A DNA stretch of 64,000 nucleotides from the human T2T-CHM13v2.0 reference genome, Homo sapiens: assembly GCF_009914755.1 (NCBI RefSeq), contig NC_060928.1; one strand, given 5' to 3'. Both the position numbers and the translations under genes were made by a program. Below, piece after piece: positions 15,004-28,189 of the stretch (within the stretch, counting starts at the first letter, position 1; each line of letters opens with the position of its first letter). The notes beneath the pieces were generated by a model, which worked only from the letters and a program-made list of their open reading frames with translations, searched no databases and was not told where the DNA came from.

Positions 15004-18000
15004 ATGGAAATTAATGGGTTAAATAGTTTGTGTCCTAAGCATTTCTCTTTTTATTCTCTCTGTATTTACTCTACCTTTAAGCAAAGCAAATTATTGATCT
15101 ATATTTTATTATAGAACAATATAATACTAAGGTTGAAAGAGTCTTTAAAATGATTTTAATGTCTCATCTTTGGCATTCATCAGGAAGTAGACTTAGGTTT
15201 CCCTCATAACTGTGTATTGTTTATGAAGGTAATGTATACTTTATGAACAAGAGATAATCCAACAATTGGGTAGGATAAGATTTTCTGCTGTAATATACCT
15301 TCAAATTCTTGTACAGATAAAAGTTGGATGATATAAACCAGATGCATCATTTTTCTCTCTCTTCTTTTTTCTTTAAGTTTCTAAAGAGTGAGAAAGCAGA
15401 TATAGTTTACCTTTTAAAAGTTATATCCAGATTCTCTATCAGTGAGATAAATATTATATTTGACCTTTCAATTATCATGATATGCTGTTCTAAGACTAAA
15501 CATGAATATTTAAAAACTGGAAGTTATTGAATGCACTTTTACTCTTTCATCAATTACTACACATATATTCCTATAAGAATATAAAGATGAATGAAATAAC
15601 TTTCCTGTCTCCAAGTTCTCCAGATCTAGAGTGTGAATCAGATTTGAACATACATATGTATATGTACATTGGAGTTTCAAAGGGGAGTCTCATAGAAATA
15701 CAAGTTAAATGTTGTAGTAAGGATAGTTTAAAATATCAACTAGGGTATCGTGGTGGATATACTTAACAGAAAGCTCATCAAATTGAAAAGGAGGGGCTGA
15801 GGAGGGATTACATTCCAGCTAGAAGAATGAGCATATAAAGTGTGCAGAGGCAAGGATTATCATAAGAGTTACAAAAATTACAAACGTTTAAGAGCTCTAG
15901 AAAACAAAATTTGCATATAACTGTGACATGATTGGGTTGTACCCAGGTCATCATAGGCCTTATATGCCAGGGGTTTGGATTTTATGTTAGAGAGATAATG
16001 GAAACTATTACACATATTTGAACAGCAAGATCATCTAGTTGATCTTTTAATAAAATCATTATGGTGGTACAATAGAGGCACAGTTTTCAACTATTTTGGA
16101 TGAGTATCTTTTTTATGTTAAAATATGTTGTGATAATGTTGCAGTGTTTCAGAATTGGGAAATGTTGCAGTATTTTAGAGTTGGTTGGAAGGCCTGAAGC
16201 CATTTAGAGCAGCTTCTCAAAATTTAATGTGCATATGGATGACCTAAGCATCTTGTTAAATGGCTTTTTGCACATTTTTCACAAGCTCCAGCTGAACATA
16301 TTGAGTATTAGTATATTGCTCTTTGTACAGCCAAATTAAAAAGTCCAGTTACTAGTTATAATTACTGTTCTCCAATTCTGGAGAGAGATTTTAGTAATTC
16401 TCAGGCTAAATCATCGTATTTATCTCGTATGATAAAAATAAAAAAATCCAAAGCCTGAATCTGATAGATTATCCTCCAACACTGCTACTACCAATTTCAT
16501 GTAAATCTCAGAATTTTCAAGATACTTCTGCCTGATGTTTTTCACAGTTATAGACTAGAATTCAAGCACATTAAATGTGTACTACTGGGAGAAATTTTCC
16601 ATAGTTTTGGAGTTCAAAATGTTTAAAATATTTTTAAAAATCTGTATGCATTTTACTTTCTCACCTGTATTGCATAACTTTAATGAGAATTTCAGCATAA
16701 TCTTTCCAAATCCCTAGTATCTTTCTTACTTTTATCTCTCAAGACAAGTCAAAAGTAGCATCTAGCTATTGCTATTTACACTGATATGTAAATTTGGTCA
16801 TACATATTTTATAAAGACATGTAAATGACTCAGCTGAAGCATATTCACCTGTTTATCCCTTGGATAGATGTGTGTACCCCTCTTAAGAGCACAACAATGG
16901 CAGACACCTGCTTAGCATAAGCAGCTTATTAAAATGCAGTAAGGAGAAGAATACCTTTGTGAGCAATTTTCTTATAGTATTAATAATCCCGATGGAAAAA
17001 CAATGGAACACAGATATGAGTCTTTTCACCAGTGAACCATCTAGACTTTTTCAGCTGTGTGAGCTAATACAAAAGGCTTAATGGTTTCAGGGAGGTTAAT
17101 GCCCACTGAAAGAGTTCACATTACAAGAAAAAGGAAAAAGGCAAGGAGAATGAAAGATTTCTCTTTGACGTGAAAAAAGAAATCTGTGGAAAACAATATA
17201 GAATTCTCATTTGAGCCCTACCTGAATGTTAGCAACTGATAATATCATTTTTGAAACTGATGTAAATGTATTTTTTGTAAAAATTATATGATCTTTTTGT
17301 ATTTATCTCACTGGATTCTGATCAGAAACAAATGAGAAGAACTAAATTAAAAAAAAACTGATGCCTATGTAAATTCAGATCTTATTCTCTGTAGTTGCTG
17401 ATAGTTTAATTGTGAGTTAAATTAGTGTTTCCAAAATTTAAAGATATTAAAAATGTGATGACAAGAGTTATGTTTTTCTATATGTCTTCAAATAATTTTT
17501 CAGAAATGTAATATAGATGTTTTACATTAAAAATTGCTAGTGCTAATCACTAAAGTCAAGAGTTTTGTTACTTTATATTTTAACTATAATATCAATTAGT
17601 AATATATTTTCCTTTTGGCATGTATATAGACAGAGGTAGAAGAAGGAATTTTCAAAAAAATTTCCAGTCCAGCAATCTGCTCTGTTTATAGCAAATTTAA
17701 TATGAGTTTGATAAGAGTTTTATTTCAATAATTGTATGTCTATCTGAAAATTAAGCATCAAAGATAAAACTTTTTTTATTTTCTTGTCATCTTCCATGAG
17801 TGAATCTTCATAGGCTGCTACCCCTAGAGATCATGTGTGTATCAGAAAAAAAAATAGTGAAAAGCTTTGAAATGAAGACATGATTACTGGGTATCTTTTT
17901 CCTGGAATGCTGTGTTGCTCATGGAGAGTTGGGGGTACCTGATTTTATAGGGGTTTGTGAATTTCATTGTTTTTAGAGGCCTACTATGCAACATTGTATG

Positions 18001-18501
18001 GAAAGTAATGTAGAAGGCTGATGGTGATGCCAACCTTTTCTTGTTCACAGAGATGAAAATTAATTATGTCTAATGGAAATGTGATTGATTTCTCCCATAC
18101 CAACCCACTGTGCTGGAACAAACAATTTCAAATATTACATTTTACTTTCTTTTTATATTGAATAGTTTTGCATATATTTGACAATTTATTTCAGCATTCT
18201 TGATTCTTTATGGTAAATACAGTTATCTAGACACACAAAAAATGCATTCTTTGGAATCTCTTGAATCAGTTTTATCATCTTGCTGGTTCCCTTATCAGTT
18301 ACTCAGTAAAATAAAATCTTTGACTCACGTATATTTTGTACTAATATATAAGTCATGATTTTACCTTTTAAAACACATAGCTTTTAACACTTGTTGATAT
18401 AAAAATAAAATCTCTTATCACTAGACATGGTAAATCTTCCAAATGTTTAGAACATGAAGGTCTAGATGAGAATATATTACGCATAATAAAACATTCAAAT
18501 A

Positions 18502-18799
18502 GGCCCTGTGCAGTGGTTGATGCCTGTAATCCCAGCACTTTGGGAGGCTGGGGTGGGCAGATCACTTGAGGCCAGGAGTTTGAGACCAGTCTGGCCAGAA
18601 TGGTGAAACTCTGTCTCTACTAAAGATACAAACATTAGTCAAGTGTGGTGGCAGGCACCTGTAGTCTTAGAGACTTGGGAGAGCTTACAGAATGGTTAGA
18701 ATCTGGGAGAGGTGGAGGTTGTAGTGAGGCGACATTGTACCATTGCATTCCAGCCTGGGTGATAGAACAAGGTTCTGTCTCAAAAAAAAAAAAAAAAAA
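18502..18799 (+). mobile_element. Old Alu (AluJ or early AluS)
   Basis: Diverged dimeric Alu with A tail. No clear TSD. Confidence 0.92.
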
Positions 18800-19483
18800 T
18801 TAAAACAGCCATTCATATTTTCAAGTCGAAATGAGGATTTCAGGCAAGTAGAGAAAATTCTTTTGCTATGAATACCATTGAATTATTAAGTAACATAGTT
18901 CTTAAAGCAAGTTATATTAGAAAGTCAATTTGGCAAATTATAATTTTTTGCATTCCCCATCAACGGCTATAACTACCAAATCTATTTTTTTAATGTTCAG
19001 AAAATTCCATGTCAATATTTGCTTTTGTTTATCATGCTGCAGAATTATTCATTTATTTTATGTGAATAGCCTCCAATTTTAAAATATGCTATATGACTCT
19101 TTAGTTTTCTTTGCAACAAAGAGGAGTCATTATATGCATCATTTATGTTAACTGAAGTATTTAGGAAATTTAATATATGATTCAGGAAGCTTAGAATCAT
19201 ACACTAGACTAGATGCAGAGCTTTGCAACTTATGTATTGTAAATGGGTTACATTTTTAATGCTAATGTAATGACACAGCAAAGAGGGAGAAATTTATGAT
19301 TCAGACTAGAAAGAAAATAAGACCTCTTTCTCAAGCTTTGATGCAAAGACCTTGAAAAAGAATAAAGGAGTAGGTTCTGGAGCATAAGGGATGGTTTAGA
19401 TTTGGATAGGAGCATAAACACCTAATTTATTGGATGTGGTTGAAAAAAATATAAATTAACAAATATGATAGTGGGCAGTTCTT

Positions 19484-19842
19484 TTCTTTTTTTTTTTCTC
19501 TCCTTCTCCTCCTTCTCCTTCTTCTTCTTCTTTTTTTTTTTTTTTTTTTCTTTTTTTTGACAAGAACTCACTTTGTTGCTCAGGCTGGAATACAGAGGCA
19601 TAATGACGGCTCATGGCAGCAGCCTTGACCTCCAAGACTCAAGTAATCATCCCATCTCAGTCTCCTGAGTAGCTGGGACTGCTGGTGAATGCCAATATGC
19701 TTGATCATTTTATAATATTTTTGTAGAGACAGGAGTCTCACAATATTGCCCAGGCTGGACTCAAACTTCCTGTCTCAAGCAATCCTCCCACCTCGGCCTC
19801 CCAAAATGCTGGAATTACAGGCGTGAACTACCTCGTCTGGCC
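19484..19842 (-). mobile_element. AluJ with pyrimidine microsatellite tail
   Basis: AluJ features 'cagccttgacctcc' and 'ttgcccaggctgg'. Perfect 14-bp TSD agtgggcagttctt at 19470-19483 and 19843-19856. Confidence 0.93.
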
Positions 19843-21670
19843 AGTGGGCAGTTCTTAAACAATTATATCAATTTTCTCTCCAAAGTATGAGGTAAGGTCA
19901 CCAGATGAAATTGAGACATTATTATTCTAGCTTTAGAATGAAGATGGTACTTGGAATAAAAGGGAATGATATGGAGGAGTGGAAATATATACAAAATTTT
20001 TAAGGAAATTACAAGCTGTCTAATGTAGTTAAACAGCTAGAAATATGTATTAGAAATGTGAAGAGGGGGAAACAATAATCACCTGAAGCCAAATGGCAAG
20101 GGTCTTAAATACTATTTATTGATTAGGAACATATTTGTAGGTGGTGAAGAAATGTTAAACTTTTTAATAAGTTGATTAAGCTTGTGAGTGCAGTTAAAAG
20201 ATTTATTCAATGGCTGAGTGAGAGACAATTAGAAACAAAAGACAATAAAGGCCAATAAAGTGGTTAAGAAGCATTTGTAGTTACACATGTTTCAGGCCAT
20301 CAAAGGCTGAATTAAAGTAGTATAGGTAGAAAAAGAAAGATGAGAACAGGAAAAAAAAATTACAGAAATTGGGGGAATCTTTTTTAAGATCCTCAAAAGA
20401 AACATAAAACCTCTGTATAGTAGTTTATCCAAAGAAATATTTACTGTCGGTAAGCTGTCACCTACAGTATAGTAAATGAAAGGAGTTTATATTCTTTGTT
20501 TATATTCTTTCTTACTAAAAGAAGTCTAGGCTAGATATAATTTCACTAATGCCACTTAATCTCTGTATTTTATCCCATTGTTTCCAATAAGTTTTATAAA
20601 CATGTACTTAAACAATGAAAGTAATTTCTAGAAAAAAATATACTTTGTGCAGGATGAGTTTAAGTATATGATAAACTAAACGTAAATAATACAAAGGTAA
20701 AATTTGCTGCTCTGTATTTAACACATATCACAGAATCATGTATTTCCCAGCTTATCCAGAAGAGACAGACATCAATAATATAACAGAAGTGAAACTCTCT
20801 GGTTAGGGCTAGGGTCTTCACCCCTGGGACCTCTCTGGGGTCCTCCAAGGAAGAGGAGAACTGTCCTAAAGTTACCAGTTTTCTAGCTGGTAAGAACCTT
20901 AGCAAGCATCATCTCCACTTTAGATACAAGGAAAATAAAAGATATTAAAAACCAAAGTAAATATAGAAAAACAATTTGTGCAAGGTTACTTGGAGTTAGC
21001 AAGTTTTCCTTAGAGGCTTCTGAGAGTCACTGCCTAAATAAAGAGATCACTTAAGTCAAGATTCCTAGTCTTTTTCAAGGATTGATTTGCTGTATTAGTA
21101 TGTAACAAAAAAATCTTTTCTCTGTAAATGTGTAGCCATTTTGTGGGAGTTATTTTTTCAGCACTTGTGACATGGCTGCTTACATGAGCCAATTCAAGTG
21201 TTGTGAGACCAAATCTTTGGAGACACCTTGAAGTGTCTCCACTTTCATATCCCTGAGGTCATTCTTTTATTGGCCTTGTGACAGCCCTGCAGGAGTCAAC
21301 TATTGTGAGGACAAGGGAGACATATATGCTTCTGACAGCTTTATTCACCATAAAGAAATTTGAAGACATTTTAAAATAGAGTCCATAACTGTGTCAATAG
21401 CAAAGTTTAAATTCAGGTTTACTTGAAAATCATGTTTAGAATTTGCCTAAATATTTAACATTTAGGCTTCAATAGGTGTGTGATACTCACATGATAATCT
21501 TTTATAAAAATTTATTTTTAGGATTTTTTTGATCTTTCAGTATACATAAGAACAAATGTTGAATATGGATAAAAATAATAATTAAGCTGCATATTTTTGT
21601 AAGGATTTAAAGTGAATTACATTGCAAGGAATATACATATATTCAGCAAAATGAAAAGCCAATAGATTTA

Positions 21671-21710
21671 TTAGGTTGGTGCAAAAGTAACTGAAGTTCT
21701 TTCCATTAAA
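21671..21710. mobile_element. Half MADE1 (Hsmar1-derived MITE) terminal inverted repeat
   Basis: ta|ttaggttggtgcaaaagtaa...ccatta matches one mariner Hsmar1 TIR preceded by TA. Confidence 0.8.
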
Positions 21711-23833
21711 GCTATTTTATCAATCTATAAGAATAATACCAAAAGTGAAGTTAAGGAGATGCTTCGAGCAATTTCTTAGGCTACTGCTGGAAGATTCCAA
21801 AGGAAGGCAAGGGTGAAGGTGAGTGGGTAGATTGTCCCTGAGAAGCTGGGCACCTATTGACTAGCTCCTGTCCACCATTCCTTGAGGGTTGTCCATGGGG
21901 GTATTCATTCCTTTTTGTATGATTACATGTTTCTTCCTAGTTTGTTAAATAAGAGCAAGGTTTTTGGACCCATTTATTTTCTTCTGCCTTTATATAAACT
22001 TAAAGGATAATGTGAATAAAGCAATTAGCTGCTTTCTCTTCAAACATACACTGTGTTAAATTTCTACTTCCCCGATTATTTTATATGCTTAGACTTTAAT
22101 ATACTGTCATCGTTAATATTATTTTATACTTATTTGAAAAAATATTTTCTTTCCTTAATTGAAAATCATCATTACATTTTACAGCAATTTTTGAAAGTAT
22201 ATTATTTATCATAGCACCATTTTATAAAAATGCTTGACTATGCCATGGAGACCAAAAACAAACAAAAACAAAAAAGGATAACAGAGGAGACACTTGATGG
22301 ATGAAAAAGGAATAGTGGAGATCATTAAGCCACCCACCTGTCTCTCATAGCTGGTGCGGTTGTGAAACAAACTGCAACACAGGCTGATTAATTTTGCTGA
22401 AAAGGCAACACATCTACCCCCTTATGACACAGAAAACTTTAATTTCCTTACTTTTAATAACTCACCATTGTGAAAACTAAATATATTCTTTAGTATTACA
22501 TTAAAAATGATGAAGAAAAATGAGTAGAGTTTTAAAAGCTTTTTAAATCAGGTTTCATGCTTATTCTATTACTGTGTTCCAGTAAGCAGATCTGAGTATC
22601 TCTTCTTCTATGACCGTTTTTGTTGTTGTTTTAATGCACAGGCAGAAAAAGTAGAATTTATTATAGATCACCCTCTGGAGAATTTTCCTTTTGATTGAGT
22701 TTTCTCTTTTTAGTGCTTTTACACAAAAGGATTATAGCAATTAGAGAAATGTGGGCTAATTTAACTAAAAATACATTTTGAAAAGATTACATGAGTTTTT
22801 TAGTTTCTACTCTTGTCTACGATAGACAATCTTAGCATATTAACCAAAGTAACAAGGCAATTTGACTGTTTCATTTCTGAGTTGTAACTATATGTTTGTC
22901 TGAAAGCCCAGTTATTAAAATATATATGATGAGGTTAGACCATAATATCCAGAGATCAAATAATCTGCTTCTGAATCTCTTATCAAGTTGTTGTATGAGG
23001 TTGCATATTGTTAAGGAAAAAGAACATACTTTTGTCTAGCTATATCAATTCAAAAAAGAAATCTGAGCCTACAGATAAAACTATAGAAAGAAGATTGATT
23101 ATGGGTATAAATACATCCACTGTCTTACTGGGGCCAGTTAGATCCCAAAGTAACTACTCCACTAAATAAGAACCTACTCCATTAAATAAATTATGAGGGC
23201 ATCATGGTTAATACATCAAAGAAAATCTGGTAAATATATTCTTCATTATAAAACAAAAAAATTACAGCAAGAAACTGAGATGAAGCAAAACTATAGTTTT
23301 AGTATGTACTTTTATAGAATATCCTGGGGAGATTGGAATAAGGAGACAAAGCAAGAAAGTTCATTGTGGTTAACATATTTTAATCTTAGAATAAAAAATT
23401 AAACACAAATGGTTAACTGTTACCTATGTGGTCTTTGTAAATATGGATTGCAAAATGTGCACTTTCTCTAAATGAAGGTTTTGTTTACATCTCATTTTGG
23501 GTCACTTTAATATTCTACCAGCTCCAAGGTAAGTGAAATTTAACCTCATACATAAATAAAAATTAAGGGATTTGAAATATTACACAGTTGTGGTAAAATG
23601 AATATAATCTGAATTTGAATTAATCTTGTATCCTGTACTACCTAGTATTAATTGTTATTGTCTTCATACTGGCTTTTAGGGCTGGGATATTCAATTAATT
23701 TGGGCTACAAACTAGGCTAGTTATTTAAAATACAATCATATGTTCATAGACTTAGAACCAAGTAGAGGAGATAGCTATTAGCCTAATAAAACCACACTAA
23801 GAAATGTTTACTTTTAAGCTCAGAGAGGTAATG

Positions 23834-23992
23834 CAGTCTTTCTAAAATTGTCATGTACATGTAAATCACCATGAAACTTGCTACAATGTAAATTCTGTGT
23901 CAGCAGGTCTAGAGTGGGGCCAAAGAGTCTGCCCTTTTATCAAGCTCTTTGGTAGTACTGATGCTGCTAGACCACAGACCAATTTGAATAGT
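23834..23992. mobile_element. MER5-family hAT-Charlie remnant
   Basis: 'aattctgtgtcagcaggtctagagtggggcc' and 'ctgatgctgctagaccacagacca'. Confidence 0.7.
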
Positions 23993-24024
23993 GCGTTAGT
24001 AAGCAATCTACTAATACATTCTAC

Positions 24025-24107
24025 CATTGTAGAGAAATGGAGTCAATAGGATCTCTGTCTACATGAGAGAGAGACTGAGAGAAAGACAGAGATTATCTCT
24101 CTCTCTG

Positions 24108-24154
<47 letters not shown>

Positions 24155-24256
24155 ATATGTATATACAAACATGCAATAAATATATATTTCTCTATATATA
24201 ATATATATTTCTCTATATGTATTTCAGCCCCCTCATACATATGTATATAAATCTAT

Positions 24257-24289
<33 letters not shown>

Positions 24290-24735
24290 ATCTCTATCTA
24301 TGTATATATCGATCTACCTATCTACAAAGAGAGACTTTTTATAAGAGGTTAAACAATATATATATATACATGTATATTATATATACATATAAATAATGAG
24401 AGAGAGAGAATTTAAGAATTTGACTCGTGATTGTGAGGGTTAACAAGTCAGAAGTTCATAAAGCAGGCTGGATATTCTAGTAAGAATCAATGCTGCAGTC
24501 TTGAGTCAAATAGCCATCTGGAGGCAAAATTTCTTCCTTTTTAGAAGACCTCAATCTTTTCTCTAAGGCCTCACACTGACTGGACAAGGCCCACCCACAT
24601 TATGGAAGGTAATCAGTTTAACTCAAACTCTGCTAATTTCAAGGTTAATCACAGCAACATTCAGATTGGTGTTTAATCATGCAACTGGGTACCACAGCCT
24701 TGCCTAGTTGACATTTAACAAAATTAACCATCACA
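24025..24735 (-). mobile_element. MLT2 (MLT2D-like) solo LTR containing a compound microsatellite
   Basis: Ends 'aaaattaaccatcaca' and contains 'aggcccacccacattatggaaggtaatc'. Left boundary approximate. Confidence 0.82.
24065..24410. repeat. Compound microsatellite (GA)n,(TC)n,(TA)n,(TG)n,(TCTA)n
   Basis: Directly visible: (TA) 24108-24131, (TG) 24132-24153, (TCTA)n about 24259-24289. Confidence 0.95.
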
Positions 24736-24753
24736 AGTAGCAAAACTCTAAAG

Positions 24754-25099
24754 CAGGGATGGGCAAACTATGGCCTCTGGGCTAAATGTGGTGAGCCACA
24801 AGCCTGCTTCTGTATATCCTACAAGCTGAGTTAAGATGGTTTTGTACACTTTCAAATGATTGAAAAAGTCAAAGAATAATAATATTTTATACAAAGTGTA
24901 AGTATTATATATGAAATTCAAATTTCAGTGTGGCTAAATAAAGTTATACTGGAACACAGCCACACTCATTCATTTACATGTTGTCTGTGCTTGGTTTCCT
25001 AGATGCAGAGTTGAGCAATTGTGACAGAGAGCATATGGTCCACAAAGCACACAATATATATTATCTCACCCTTTACAGATACATTTTGTTTGAATCCTA
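24754..25099. mobile_element. MER58B-like hAT-Charlie element
   Basis: 'cagggatgggcaaactatggcc' and 'aataaagttatactggaacacagccacactcattcatttac'. Degenerate 8-bp TSD ctctaaag / ctttaaga. Confidence 0.82.
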
Positions 25100-25175
25100 C
25101 TTTAAGAAAAGAAAATGGTTTTATCTGAGTATAATTGAAATGAGAATATGAAGTAAAGTGACAATAACGGAGAAA

Positions 25176-25357
25176 AGTGGTTCTCAAACTTTAGTGTTTA
25201 TCAGAATAATTCAGATCACTTGTTAAACTACAGATATCTGGCTTCCATTCTGAGTTTGCAATTCTGTACATCTGTGACGGGAACCCAGAATTTGTACTTC
25301 CAACAAGTTGGAAGTTGTTGCTGATGCTGCTAATCAGAGAACTACTTTAACATCACG
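25176..25357. mobile_element. MER5A-like element
   Basis: 'agtggttctcaaactttag' ... 'gctgatgctgct'. Confidence 0.75.
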
Positions 25358-25562
25358 TTTAAGAAACTTCAACATTTTTTAGCTGGCCAGCAGAAAATAA
25401 ACCTGTAACGAAGTCAAGAAAACCGCTAAGAGAGAAAAATCAACACAGCATAAAAGATATTATTTCAAGAGAGAGAGTGCATATGTCCAGCTGTCAAAAG
25501 TGCTAAACAATAAAAAAAAATTGATGACTGAAAATAGTCTTTGGATTTGTAGAAAGAAAATA

Positions 25563-25598
25563 TCTGCTGGTCCTTCTTAGTCTGCTGGTCCTTCTTAG
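25563..25598. repeat. Perfect 18-bp tandem duplication
   Basis: tctgctggtccttcttag x2. Confidence 0.95.
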
Positions 25599-27832
25599 TG
25601 AGACTGTCCTACCGTACTCTGGGTATATCATGGGAATACAACTACTTTACATCATATTACTAGAAACTGAATTCAAAAAAGTTGAAGTTAATAAATCATA
25701 CATACGAAATTATAATTATGTCACTAGGTAACCTTGTTATATTTGAGATGGACACATGCCATCTCATTAAATGACTAAATATATATGTGATATTAAAAGA
25801 GTTGGAACAACTTGACAGATGTTAGAATTACTATTAGAAATAGGAAAAGCTTTGCAAAATCGGGCCAAAATAACTAATGTTAAATCTGACAATCTTTTTT
25901 TGTGCTCTACCATTAGCATATGATATTTGAAAATAAACTTTTGAAAATAAATAAATAACAACAGAGCCCTATTTAAAACCAAAAATAAAACTTGTATGTT
26001 TCTGACATCTTCGTAAATGAATTACTCCCAAAGAAATATTTTATCAAATTGCTGTCATTTTCCTAATGGTATGTGAGAGTGAAAAAAAACTTCCAACTGA
26101 GAAAAAAGCTGTATTTCCTTTTTTAGATCTTGTTTGCTTTGATCATTTAGTCATGAAAAATAAACTGAACAGCCATTATAAAAAATAAATAATCTTTTCT
26201 TACATTTGAATGCATTTTAGATATAAAACATGAAAAGGTTTGCAGTCCTTATTGAAAAATAAAATCTAATCATAGTTTTACTAAAATGTTTTGCCAGTTT
26301 TTTCCCTTTCTGCATTATCTCAAAGTGACAAAATTTCCTAAATCACAACCAAAATGTATGTATCTCCAAGTGCATTCACCAGAAGCCATATCCAGAAGAA
26401 TATCTTGTAGTTTATTTCTTTTCTTCTTGGACATTCCCCCATGAGTTAATAGATTAAAGGGGCAGGCATGCATGTGTCCTGTAAAGGCAAGCCACAGAAG
26501 TAAAATATTAGCTCTCTCTAAATAATATGCATATTCTTAGTTATTAAGTTTCTCCTCTTTGTGGTTGCTTGGACAGGCAAATGTGTATATCAATAATTAT
26601 TTAACTCTTAGAGACTATGCTTGGAGCCTATTGTACATTATTTGGTTCACTGTTTAAAAATTTGGGATATAAATCATTGCAGATAGGACCACATCAAATT
26701 TTACCTTTTTTAATGTGTTTTTTCGATTCAAATTTATCAACCTTAAAGGTATTAAGTTAAGGAAAATATTTATTTCTTAGACATGAATATAATTATGGCC
26801 TATGAATAATAATCTCAGCTTTTCTATTTGAATAATAATTTTTCATTTTTAGCTAGATAACCAGTACACAATATTTTGTGAATCATATTACCATTAAGAC
26901 ACAAGATTGAACTGAGTGATTATTCTGTCACACCATATAGTATCTGGGAAGATTTTGAATAAATATTTGATTCAATGTAAAATGAGTAAAATACACAGAA
27001 TGATTTTTTTAAAAAAGAAAAAAAATACAATAATAAATTCAATGACCAAAAAGAGAAATAAATGGAAGAACAGTCTCAGAGATAGCAGCCTTAAGAGTGA
27101 CTCATTCCTACTCCTGCTCTCCTTTGCGTGATCCTTCAGATCTTCTGTGGAAATTGGGCAAGTAAAGGGGACATGACAGGAAAGAAAAATAAAAGGCTCT
27201 ATTCAGGGTAATAGAGTAAGTTGGACAAAAAAAGAATAAAACCGAGCTGAATTGGACGTTAGAAGAAGGGGTTTAAAGGATGAGTTTTGGAGTTGGACTC
27301 ACTAGATTCAAATACTAGCTCCACCACTATGTGTTCTTGGGCAAATTATTTTTCATTATGCCTTTTATCTTACCTACAACAGTAACTGATTCCAACAGCT
27401 GTTACGAAGCCCCTAATATAAATGTTTAGAAGAACACCTCACAGTTAATAATAATCAAAACTTATTTTATTACTAAATTATTATCCTTTAGGTCTTTAAA
27501 AAGCAGAATTAGTAATGAAAAATAATGATTTTCTATAACACACCCAGTATGAGCATCTCTTAATTAGTTTGTGTTGATAACCCCAAAAATTTCTGTAAAA
27601 GTGACATTTTCTTAGAAAGCTTTATATTTATAATTATAATAAAATCAATATTTAAGTCTGTCTTGCTGAACACCCTCCAAATACTCCTATTTTATACTAT
27701 TTTCTAATGTCTCCAGTAAAAGACAACATATAAGTAAATGTAATTACAAACTCTAGTAACCAATTGTAATTTAAATGTTCAAAGTCTTATGTATTTGTTC
27801 AATTTTATGCACAGAAGATGAGCTTTATGTGG

Positions 27833-28189
27833 TTCATTAGTCTGTTCTCATGCTATTATAAAGAAATATCGGAGGCTGGGTAATTTATAAAGGAAAGATG
27901 TTTAATTGACTTACAGTTCTGCATTGCTGGGGAGGCCTCAGAAAACTTGCAATCATGGCAGAAGGCACCTCTTCACAAGCCTGCAGGGGAGAGAGTAAGT
28001 GCTGAGCAAAGGGGGAATCCTTTTATGGAACCATCAGATCTCGTCAGAACTTACTATCATGACAACAGGATGGGGGAAGCCATTGTCTTGATTCAGTTAT
28101 CTCTACCTGGTTCCTCCCATGACACGTGGGGATTATGGGAACTACAATTCAAGAGGAAATTTGAGTGGGGACACTGCCAAACCATATCA
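27833..28189 (-). mobile_element. THE1 (THE1C-like) solo LTR
   Basis: 'attagtctgttctcatgct' ... 'gggtaatttataaaggaaag' ... 'ggggacactgccaaaccatatca'. Confidence 0.92.

Noticed and set aside
23505-23540. Possible 7-nt microexon (ctaccag|ctccaag|gtaagt)
   Set aside because: Weak pyrimidine tract, not frame-preserving, and no host gene context.
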